NCBI GenBank assembly: GCA_964057225.1
Contig: CAXKVF010000072.1
Location: forward strand, 867,073-931,072
DNA: 64,000 nt
Source: Auanema rhodensis
Lineage: Eukaryota > Animalia > Nematoda
Direction of reading: 5' to 3'
The notes beneath the pieces are model-generated. The model made no database searches and was not told where the DNA came from. It was given only the letters and a program-made list of their open reading frames with translations. Position numbers and translations under genes: made by a program. Numbering within the stretch: position 1 is the stretch's first letter; every line of letters begins with the position of its first letter. Shown here piece by piece: positions 28,901-41,500 of this stretch.

Positions 28901-31900
28901 GGGGAATCTAATTTTGAAAACCGCATCTCTTTATCTTTCACGTGAAGCGAGTTACATACCAAGTGCACATCACGTGTACATTTAATTAGCATAAATTAAA
29001 GTTCACGTAAATTTCAAAGTCATGGTTACCATGCACCAATATCAATAAAAATTTGTTTTTAGACTTATATGGACATGGGGAATCTAATTTTGAAAACCGC
29101 ATCTCTTTATCTTTCACGTGAAGCGAGTTACATACCAAGTGCACATCACGTGTACATTTAATTAGCATAAATTAAAGTTCACGTAAATTTCAAAGTCATG
29201 GTTACCATGAACCAATATCAATAAAAATTTGTTTTTAGACTAATATGGACATGGGGAATCTAATTTTGAAAACCGCATCTCTTTATCTTTCACGTGAAGC
29301 GAGTTACATACCAAGTGCACATCACGTGTACATTTAATTAGCATAAATTAAAGTTCACGTAAATTTCAAAGTCATGGTTACCATGAACCAATATCAATAA
29401 AAATTTGTTTTTAGACTAATATGGACATGGGGAATCTAATTTTGAAAACCGCATCTCTTCATCTTTCACGTGAAGCGAGTTACATACCAAGTGCACATCA
29501 CGTGTACATTTAATTAGCATAAATTAAAGTTCACGTAAATTTCAAAGTCATGGTTACCATGAACCAATATCAATAAAAATTTGTTTTTAGACTAATATGG
29601 ACATGGGGAATCTAATTTTGAAAACCGCATCTCTTTATCTTTCACGTGAAGCGAGTTACATACCAAGTGCACATCACGTGTACATTTAATTAGCATAAAT
29701 TAAAGTTCACGTAAATTTCAAAGTCATGGTTACCATGCACCAATATCAATAAAAATTTGTTTTTAGACTAATATGGACATGGGGAATCTAATTTTGAAAA
29801 CCGCATCTCTTTATCTTTCACGTGAAGCGAGTTACATACCAAGTGCACATCACGTGTACATTTAATTAGCATAAATTAAAGTTCACGTAAATTTCAAAGT
29901 CATGGTTACCATGAACCAATATCAATAAAAATTTGTTTTTAGACTAATATGGACATGAGGAATCTAATTTTGAAAACCGCATCTCTTTATCTTTCACGTG
30001 AAGCGAGTTACATACCAAGTGCACATCACGTGTACATTTAATTAGCATAAATTAAAGTTCACGTAAATTTCAAAGTCATGGTTACCATGAACCAATATCA
30101 ATAAAAATTTGTTTTTAGACTAATATGGACATGGGGAATCTAATTTTGAAAACCACATCTCTTTATCTTTCACGTGATGCGAGTAACATACCAAGTGCAC
30201 ATCACGTGTACATTTAATTAGCATAAATTAAAGTTCACGTAAATTTCAAAGTCATGGTTACCATGAACCAATATCAATAAAAATTTGTTTTTAGACTAAT
30301 ATGGACATGGGGAATCTAATTTTGAAAACCGCATCTCTTTATCTTTCACGTGAAGCGAGTTACATACCAAGTGCACATCACGTGTACATTTAATTAGCAT
30401 AAATTAAAGTTCACGTAAATTTCAAAGTCATGGTTACCATGCACCAATATCAATAAAAATTTGTTTTTAGACTAATATGGACATGGGGAATCTAATTTTG
30501 AAAACCGCATCTCTTTATCTTTCACGTGAAGCGAGTTACATACCAAGTGCACATCACGTGTACATTTAATTAGCATAAATTAAAGTTCACGTAAATTTCA
30601 AAGTCATGGTTACCATGAACCAATATCAATAAAAATTTGTTTTTAGACTAATATGGACATGGGGAATCTAATTTTGAAAACCGCATCTCTTTATCTTTCA
30701 CGTGAAGCGAGTTACATACCAAGTGCACATCACGTGTACATTTAATTAGCATAAATTAAAGTTCACGTAAATTTCAAAGTCATGGTTACCATGCACCAAT
30801 ATCAATAAAAATTTGTTTTTAGACTAATATGGACATGGGGAATCTAATTTTGAAAACCGCATCTCTTTATCTTTCACGTGAAGCGAGTTACATACCAAGT
30901 GCACATCACGTGTACATTTAATTAGCATAAATTAAAGTTCACGTAAATTTCAAAGTCATGGTTACCATGCACCAATATCAATAAAAATTTGTTTTTAGAC
31001 TAATATGGACATGGGGAATCTAATTTTGAAAACCGCATCTCTTTATCTTTCACGTGAAGCGAGTTACATACCAAGTGCACATCACGTGTACATTTAATTA
31101 GCATAAATTAAAGTTCACGTAAATTTCAAAGTCATGGTTACCATGAACCAATATCAATAAAAATTTGTTTTTAGACTAATATGGACATGGGGAATCTAAT
31201 TTTGAAAACCGCATCTCTTCATCTTTCACGTGAAGCGAGTTACATACCAAGTGCACATCACGTGTACATTTAATTAGCATAAATTAAAGTTCACGTAAAT
31301 TTCAAAGTCATGGTTACCATGCACCAATATCAATAAAAATTTGTTTTTAGACTAATATGGACATGGGGAATCTAATTTTGAAAACCGCATCTCTTTATCT
31401 TTCACGTGAAGCGAGTTACATACCAAGTGCACATCACGTGTACATTTAATTAGCATAAATTAAAGTTCACGTAAATTTCAAAGTCATGGTTACCATGCAC
31501 CAATATCAATAAAAATTTGTTTTTAGACTAATATGGACATGGGGAATCTAATTTTGAAAACCACATCTCTTTATCTTTCACGTGAAGCGAGTTACATACC
31601 AAGTGCACATCACGTGTACATTTAATTAGCATAAATTAAAGTTCACGTAAATTTCAAAGTCATGGTTACCATGCACCAATATCAATAAAAATTTGTTTTT
31701 AGACTAATATGGACATGGGGAATCTAATTTTGAAAACCACATCTCTTTATCTTTCACGTGAAGCGAGTTACATACCAAGTGCACATCACGTGTACATTTA
31801 ATTAGCATAAATTAAAGTTCACGTAAATTTCAAAGTCATGGTTACCATGCACCAATATCAATAAAAATTTGTTTTTAGACTAATATGGACATGGGGAATC

Positions 31901-34900
31901 TAATTTTGAAAACCGCATCTCTTTATCTTTCACGTGAAGCGAGTTACATACCAAGTGCACATCACGTGTACATTTAATTAGCATAAATTAAAGTTCACGT
32001 AAATTTCAAAGTCATGGTTACCATGCACCAATATCAATAAAAATTTGTTTTTAGACTAATATGGACATGGGGAATCTAATTTTGAAAACCACATCTCTTT
32101 ATCTTTCACGTGAAGCGAGTTACATACCAAGTGCACATCACGTGTACATTTAATTAGCATAAATTAAAGTTCACGTAAATTTCAAAGTCATGGTTACCAT
32201 GAACCAATATCAATAAAAATTTGTTTTTAGACTAATATGGACATGGGGAATCTAATTTTGAAAACCACATCTCTTTATCTTTCACGTGATGCGAGTAACA
32301 TACCAAGTGCACATCACGTGTACATTTAATTAGCATAAATTAAAGTTCACGTAAATTTCAAAGTCATGGTTACCATGAACCAATATCAATAAAAATTTGT
32401 TTTTAGACTAATATGGACATGGGGAATCTAATTTTGAAAACCGCATCTCTTTATCTTTCACGTGAAGCGAGTTACATACCAAGTGCACATCACGTGTACA
32501 TTTAATTAGCATAAATTAAAGTTCACGTAAATTTCAAAGTCATGGTTACCATGCACCAATATCAATAAAAATTTGTTTTTAGACTAATATGGACATGGGG
32601 AATCTAATTTTGAAAACCGCATCTCTTTATCTTTCACGTGAAGCGAGTTACATACCAAGTGCACATCACGTGTACATTTAATTAGCATAAATTAAAGTTC
32701 ACGTAAATTTCAAAGTCATGGTTACCATGAACCAATATCAATAAAAATTTGTTTTTAGACTAATATGGACATGGGGAATCTAATTTTGAAAACCGCATCT
32801 CTTTATCTTTCACGTGAAGCGAGTTACATACCAAGTGCACATCACGTGTACATTTAATTAGCATAAATTAAAGTTCACGTAAATTTCAAAGTCATGGTTA
32901 CCATGCACCAATATCAATAAAAATTTGTTTTTAGACTAATATGGACATGGGGAATCTAATTTTGAAAACCGCATCTCTTTATCTTTCACGTGAAGCGAGT
33001 TACATACCAAGTGCACATCACGTGTACATTTAATTAGCATAAATTAAAGTTCACGTAAATTTCAAAGTCATGGTTACCATGCACCAATATCAATAAAAAT
33101 TTGTTTTTAGACTAATATGGACATGGGGAATCTAATTTTGAAAACCGCATCTCTTTATCTTTCACGTGAAGCGAGTTACATACCAAGTGCACATCACGTG
33201 TACATTTAATTAGCATAAATTAAAGTTCACGTAAATTTCAAAGTCATGGTTACCATGAACCAATATCAATAAAAATTTGTTTTTAGACTAATATGGACAT
33301 GGGGAATCTAATTTTGAAAACCGCATCTCTTCATCTTTCACGTGAAGCGAGTTACATACCAAGTGCACATCACGTGTACATTTAATTAGCATAAATTAAA
33401 GTTCACGTAAATTTCAAAGTCATGGTTACCATGCACCAATATCAATAAAAATTTGTTTTTAGACTAATATGGACATGGGGAATCTAATTTTGAAAACCGC
33501 ATCTCTTTATCTTTCACGTGAAGCGAGTTACATACCAAGTGCACATCACGTGTACATTTAATTAGCATAAATTAAAGTTCACGTAAATTTCAAAGTCATG
33601 GTTACCATGCACCAATATCAATAAAAATTTGTTTTTAGACTAATATGGACATGGGGAATCTAATTTTGAAAACCACATCTCTTTATCTTTCACGTGAAGC
33701 GAGTTACATACCAAGTGCACATCACGTGTACATTTAATTAGCATAAATTAAAGTTCACGTAAATTTCAAAGTCATGGTTACCATGCACCAATATCAATAA
33801 AAATTTGTTTTTAGACTAATATGGACATGGGGAATCTAATTTTGAAAACCACATCTCTTTATCTTTCACGTGAAGCGAGTTACATACCAAGTGCACATCA
33901 CGTGTACATTTAATTAGCATAAATTAAAGTTCACGTAAATTTCAAAGTCATGGTTACCATGAACCAATATCAATAAAAATTTGTTTTTAGACTAATATGG
34001 ACATGGGGAATCTAATTTTGAAAACCGCATCTCTTTATCTTTCACGTGAAGCGAGTTACATACCAAGTGCACATCACGTGTACATTTAATTAGCATAAAT
34101 TAAAGTTCACGTAAATTTCAAAGTCATGGTTACCATGAACCAATATCAATAAAAATTTGTTTTTAGACTAATATGGACATGGGGAATCTAATTTTGAAAA
34201 CCGCATCTCTTTATCTTTCACGTGAAGCGAGTTACATACCAAGTGCACATCACGTGTACATTTAATTAGCATAAATTAAAGTTCACGTAAATTTCAAAGT
34301 CATGGTTACCATGCACCAATATCAATAAAAATTTGTTTTTAGACTAATATGGACATGGGGAATCTAATTTTGAAAACCGCATCTCTTTATCTTTCACGTG
34401 AAGCGAGTTACATACCAAGTGCACATCACGTGTACATTTAATTAGCATAAATTAAAGTTCACGTAAATTTCAAAGTCATGGTTACCATGAACCAATATCA
34501 ATAAAAATTTGTTTTTAGACTAATATGGACATGGGGAATCTAATTTTGAAAACCGCATCTCTTCATCTTTCACGTGAAGCGAGTTACATACCAAGTGCAC
34601 ATCACGTGTACATTTAATTAGCATAAATTAAAGTTCACGTAAATTTCAAAGTCATGGTTACCATGCACCAATATCAATAAAAATTTGTTTTTAGACTAAT
34701 ATGGACATGGGGAATCTAATTTTGAAAACCGCATCTCTTTATCTTTCACGTGAAGCGAGTTACATACCAAGTGCACATCACGTGTACATTTAATTAGCAT
34801 AAATTAAAGTTCACGTAAATTTCAAAGTCATGGTTACCATGCACCAATATCTATAAAAATTTGTTTTTAGACTAATATGGACATGGGGAATCTAATTTTG

Positions 34901-37458
34901 AAAACCACATCTCTTTATCTTTCACGTGAAGCGAGTTACATACCAAGTGCACATCACGTGTACATTTAATTAGCATAAATTAAAGTTCACGTAAATTTCA
35001 AAGTCATGGTTACCATGCACCAATATCAATAAAAATTTGTTTTTAGACTAATATGGACATGGGGAATCTAATTTTGAAAACCACATCTCTTTATCTTTCA
35101 CGTGATGCGAGTTACATACCAAGTGCACATCACGTGTACATTTAATTAGCATAAATTAAAGTTCACGTAAATTTCAAAGTCATGGTTACCATGAACCAAT
35201 ATCAATAAAAATTTGTTTTTAGACTAATATGGACATGGGGAATCTAATTTTGAAAACCACATCTCTTTATCTTTCACGTGATGCGAGTAACATACCAAGT
35301 GCACATCACGTGTACATTTAATTAGCATAAATTAAAGTTCACGTAAATTTCAAAGTCATGGTTACCATGAACCAATATCAATAAAAATTTGTTTTTAGAC
35401 TAATATGGACATGGGGAATCTAATTTTGAAAACCGCATCTCTTTATCTTTCACGTGAAGCGAGTTACATACCAAGTGCACATCACGTGTACATTTAATTA
35501 GCATAAATTAAAGTTCACGTAAATTTCAAAGTCATGGTTACCATGCACCAATATCAATAAAAATTTGTTTTTAGACTAATATGGACATGAGGAATCTAAT
35601 TTTGAAAACCGCATCTCTTTATCTTTCACGTGAAGCGAGTTACATACCAAGTGCACATCACGTGTACATTTAATTAGCATAAATTAAAGTTCACGTAAAT
35701 TTCAAAGTCATGGTTACCATGCACCAATATCAATAAAAATTTGTTTTTAGACTAATATGGACATGGGGAATCTAATTTTGAAAACCACATCTCTTTATCT
35801 TTCACGTGAAGCGAGTTACATACCAAGTGCACATCACGTGTACATTTAATTAGCATAAATTAAAGTTCACGTAAATTTCAAAGTCATGGTTACCATGCAC
35901 CAATATCAATAAAAATTTGTTTTTAGACTAATATGGACATGGGGAATCTAATTTTGAAAACCACATCTCTTTATCTTTCACGTGATGCGAGTTACATACC
36001 AAGTGCACATCACGTGTACATTTAATTAGCATAAATTAAAGTTCACGTAAATTTCAAAGTCATGGTTACCATGAACCAATATCAATAAAAATTTGTTTTT
36101 AGACTAATATGGACATGGGGAATCTAATTTTGAAAACCGCATCTCTTTATCTTTCACGTGAAGCGAGTTACATACCAAGTGCACATCACGTGTACATTTA
36201 ATTAGCATAAATTAAAGTTCACGTAAATTTCAAAGTCATGGTTACCATGAACCAATATCAATAAAAATTCGTTTTTAGACTAATATGGACATGGGGAATC
36301 TAATTTTGAAAACCGCATCTCTTTATCTTTCACGTGAAGCGAGTTACATACCAAGTGCACATCACGTGTACATTTAATTAGCATAAATTAAAGTTCACGT
36401 AAATTTCAAAGTCATGGTTACCATGCACCAATATCAATAAAAATTTGTTTTTAGACTAATATGGACATGGGGAATCTAATTTTGAAAACCGCATCTCTTT
36501 ATCTTTCACGTGAAGCGAGTTACATACCAAGTGCACATCACGTGTACATTTAATTAGCATAAATTAAAGTTCACGTAAATTTCAAAGTCATGGTTACCAT
36601 GCACCAATATCAATAAAAATTTGTTTTTAGACTAATATGGACATGGGGAATCTAATTTTGAAAACCGCATCTCTTTATCTTTCACGTGAAGCGAGTTACA
36701 TACCAAGTGCACATCACGTGTACATTTAATTAGCATAAATTAAAGTTCACGTAAATTTCAAAGTCATGGTTACCATGAACCAATATCAATAAAAATTTGT
36801 TTTTAGACTAATATGGACATGGGGAATCTAATTTTGAAAACCGCATCTCTTCATCTTTCACGTGAAGCGAGTTACATACCAAGTGCACATCACGTGTACA
36901 TTTAATTAGCATAAATTAAAGTTCACGTAAATTTCAAAGTCATGGTTACCATGCACCAATATCAATAAAAATTTGTTTTTAGACTAATATGGACATGGGG
37001 AATCTAATTTTGAAAACCGCATCTCTTTATCTTTCACGTGAAGCGAGTTACATACCAAGTGCACATCACGTGTACATTTAATTAGCATAAATTAAAGTTC
37101 ACGTAAATTTCAAAGTCATGGTTACCATGCACCAATATCAATAAAAATTTGTTTTTAGACTAATATGGACATGGGGAATCTAATTTTGAAAACCGCATCT
37201 CTTTATCTTTCACGTGAAGCGAGTTACATACCAAGTGCACATCACGTGTACATTTAATTAGCATAAATTAAAGTTCACGTAAATTTCAAAGTCATGGTTA
37301 CCATGAACCAATATCAATAAAAATTTGTTTTTAGACTAATATGGACATGGGGAATCTAATTTTGAAAACCGCATCTCTTCATCTTTCACGTGAAGCGAGT
37401 TACATACCAAGTGCACATCACGTGTACATTTAATTAGCATAAATTAAAGTTCACGTAA

Positions 37459-40400
37459 TTTTCAAAGTCATGGTTACCATGCACCAATATCAATAAAAAT
37501 TTGTTTTTAGACTAATATGGACATGGGGAATCTAATTTTGAAAACCGCATCTCTTTATCTTTCACGTGAAGCGAGTTACATACCAAGTGCACATCACGTG
37601 TACATTTAATTAGCATAAATTAAAGTTCACGTAAATTTCAAAGTCATGGTTACCATGAAGCAATATCAATAAAAATTTGTTTTTAGACTAATATGGACAT
37701 GGGGAATCTAATTTTGAAAACCGCATCTCTTTATCTTTCGCGTGAAGCGAGTTACATACCAAGTGCACATCACGTGTACATTTAATTAGCATAAATTAAA
37801 GTTCACGTAAATTTCAAAGTCATGGTTACCATGAAGCAATATCAATAAAAATTTGTTTTTAGACTAATATGGACATGGGGAATCTAATTTTGAAAACCGC
37901 ATCTCTTTATCTTTCACGTGAAGCGAGTTACATACCAAGTGCCACATCACGTGTACATTTAATTAGCATAAATTAAAGTTCACGTAAATTTCAAAGTCAT
38001 GGTTACCATGAAGCAATATCAATAAAAATTTGTTTTTAGACTAATATGGACATGGGGAATCTAATTTTGAAAACCGCATCTCTTTATCTTTCACGTGAAG
38101 CGAGTTACATACCAAGTGCACATCACGTGTACATTTAATTAGCATAAATTAAAGTTCACGTAAATTTCAAAGTCATGGTTACCATGAACCAATATCAATA
38201 AAAATTTGTTTTTAGACTAATATGGACATGGGGAATCTAATTTTGAAAAATGCATCTCTTCATCTTTCACGTGAAGCGAGTTACATACCAAGTGCACATC
38301 ACGTGTACATTTAATTAGCATAAATTAAAGTTCACGTAAATTTCAAAGTCATGGTTACCATGCACCAATATCAATAAAAATTTGTTTTTAGACTAATATG
38401 GACATGGGGAATCTAATTTTAAAAACCGCATCTCTTTATCTTTCACGTGAAGCGAGTTACATACCAAGTGCACATCACGTGTACATTTAATTAGCATAAA
38501 TTAAAGTTCACGTAAATATCAAAGTCATGGTTACCATGCACCAATATCAATAAAAATTTGTTTTTAGACTAATATGGACATGGGGAATCTAATTTTGAAA
38601 ACCGCATCTCTTTATCTTTCACGTGAAGCGAGTTACATACCAAGTGCACATCACGTGTACATTTAATTAGCATAAATTAAAGTTCACGTAAATTTCAAAG
38701 TCATGGTTACCATGAAGCAATATCAATAAAAATTTGTTTTTAGACTAATATGGACATGGGGAATCTAATTTTGAAAACCGCATCTCTTTATCTTTCACGT
38801 GAAGCGAGTTACATACCAAGTGCACATCACGTGTACATTTAATTAGCATAAATTAAAGTTCACGTAAATTTCAAAGTCATGGTTACCATGAAGCAATATC
38901 AATAAAAATTTGTTTTTAGACTAATATGGACAGGGGGAATCTAATTTTGAAAACCGCATCTCTTTATCTTTCACGTGAAGCGAGTTACATACCAAGTGCA
39001 CATCACGTGTACATTTAATTAGCATAAATTAAAGTTCACGTAAATTTCAAAGTCATGGTTACCATGAAGCAATATCAATAAAAATTTGTTTTTAGACTAA
39101 TATGGACATGGGGAATCTAATTTTGAAAACCGCATCTCTTTATCTTTCACGTGAAGCGAGTTACATACCAAGTGCACATCACGTGTACATTTAATTAGCA
39201 TAAATTAAAGTTCACGTAAATTTCAAAGTCATGGTTACCATGAAGCAATATCAATAAAAATTTGTTCTTAGACTAATATGGACATGGGGATTCTAATTTT
39301 GAAAACCGCATCTCTTTATCTTTCACGTGAAGCGAGTTACATACCAAGTGCACATCACGTGTACATTTAATTAGCATAAATTAAAGTTCACGTAAATTTC
39401 AAAGTCATGGTTACCATGCACCAATATCAATAAAAATTTGTTTTTAGACTAATATGGACATGGGGAATCTAATTTTGAAAACCGCATCTCTTTATCTTTC
39501 ACGTGAAGCGAGTTACATACCAAGTGCACATCACGTGTACATTTAATTAGCATAAATTAAAGTTCACGTAAATTTCAAAGTCATGGTTACCATGAACCAA
39601 TATCAATAAAAATTTGTTTTTAGACTAATATGGACATGGGGAATCTAATTTTGAAAACCGCATCTCTTTATCTTTCGCGTGAAGCGAGTTACATACCAAG
39701 TGCACATCACGTGTACATTTAATTAGCATAAATTAAAGTTCACGTAATTTTCAAAGTCATGGTTACCATGCACCAATATCAATAAAAATTTGTTTTTAGA
39801 CTAATATGGACATGGGGAATCTAATTTTGAAAACCGCATCTCTTTATCTTTCACGTGAAGCGAGTTACATACCAAGTGCACATCACGTGTACATTTAATT
39901 AGCATAAATTAAAGTTCACGTAAATTTCAAAGTCATGGTTACCATGAAGCAATATCAATAAAAATTTGTTTTTAGACTAATATGGACATGGGGAATCTAA
40001 TTTTGAAAACCGCATCTCTTTATCTTTCGCGTGAAGCGAGTTACATACCAAGTGCACATCACGTGTACATTTAATTAGCATAAATTAAAGTTCACGTAAA
40101 TTTCAAAGTCATGGTTACCATGAAGCAATATCAATAAAAATTTGTTTTTAGACTAATATGGACATGGGGAATCTAATTTTGAAAACCGCATCTCTTTATC
40201 TTTCACGTGAAGCGAGTTACATACCAAGTGCCACATCACGTGTACATTTAATTAGCATAAATTAAAGTTCACGTAAATTTCAAAGTCATGGTTACCATGA
40301 AGCAATATCAATAAAAATTTGTTTTTAGACTAATATGGACATGGGGAATCTAATTTTGAAAACCGCATCTCTTTATCTTTCACGTGAAGCGAGTTACATA

Positions 40401-41500
40401 CCAAGTGCACATCACGTGTACATTTAATTAGCATAAATTAAAGTTCACGTAAATTTCAAAGTCATGGTTACCATGAACCAATATCAATAAAAATTTGTTT
40501 TTAGACTAATATGGACATGGGGAATCTAATTTTGAAAAATGCATCTCTTCATCTTTCACGTGAAGCGAGTTACATACCAAGTGCACATCACGTGTACATT
40601 TAATTAGCATAAATTAAAATTCACGTAAATTTCAAAGTCATGGTTACCATGCACCAATATCAATAAAAATTTGTTTTTAGACTAATATGGACATGGGGAA
40701 TCTAATTTTAAAAACCGCATCTCTTTATCTTTCACGTGAAGCGAGTTACATACCAAGTGCACATCACGTGTACATTTAATTAGCATAAATTAAAGTTCAC
40801 GTAAATATCAAAGTCATGGTTACCATGCACCAATATCAATAAAAATTTGTTTTTAGACTAATATGGACATGGGGAATCTAATTTTGAAAACCGCATCTCT
40901 TTATCTTTCACGTGAAGCGAGTTACATACCAAGTGCACATCACGTGTACATTTAATTAGCATAAATTAAAGTTCACGTAAATTTCAAAGTCATGGTTACC
41001 ATGAAGCAATATCAATAAAAATTTGTTTTTAGACTAATATGGACATGGGGAATCTAATTTTGAAAACCGCATCTCTTTATCTTTCACGTGAAGCGAGTTA
41101 CATACCAAGTGCACATCACGTGTACATTTAATTAGCATAAATTAAAGTTCACGTAAATTTCAAAGTCATGGTTACCATGAAGCAATATCAATAAAAATTT
41201 GTTTTTAGACTAATATGGACAGGGGGAATCTAATTTTGAAAACCGCATCTCTTTATCTTTCACGTGAAGCGAGTTACATACCAAGTGCACATCACGTGTA
41301 CATTTAATTAGCATAAATTAAAGTTCACGTAAATTTCAAAGTCATGGTTACCATGAAGCAATATCAATAAAAATTTGTTTTTAGACTAATATGGACATGG
41401 GGAATCTAATTTTGAAAACCGCATCTCTTTATCTTTCACGTGAAGCGAGTTACATACCAAGTGCACATCACGTGTACATTTAATTAGCATAAATTAAAGT
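37459..41500 (+). repeat. Recent 13-monomer (2289-bp) tandem block duplication
   Basis: Seven rare markers share the offset 2289: 37459/39748, 37740/40029, C insertion 37942/40231, 38251/40540, 38421/40710, 38518/40807 and 38933/41222. Right boundary approximate. Confidence 0.93.

Noticed and set aside
28986-29168. Identical 60-aa ORF
   Set aside because: The same SNP (29066) copied by the 30-monomer-offset duplication; not independent evidence of coding.
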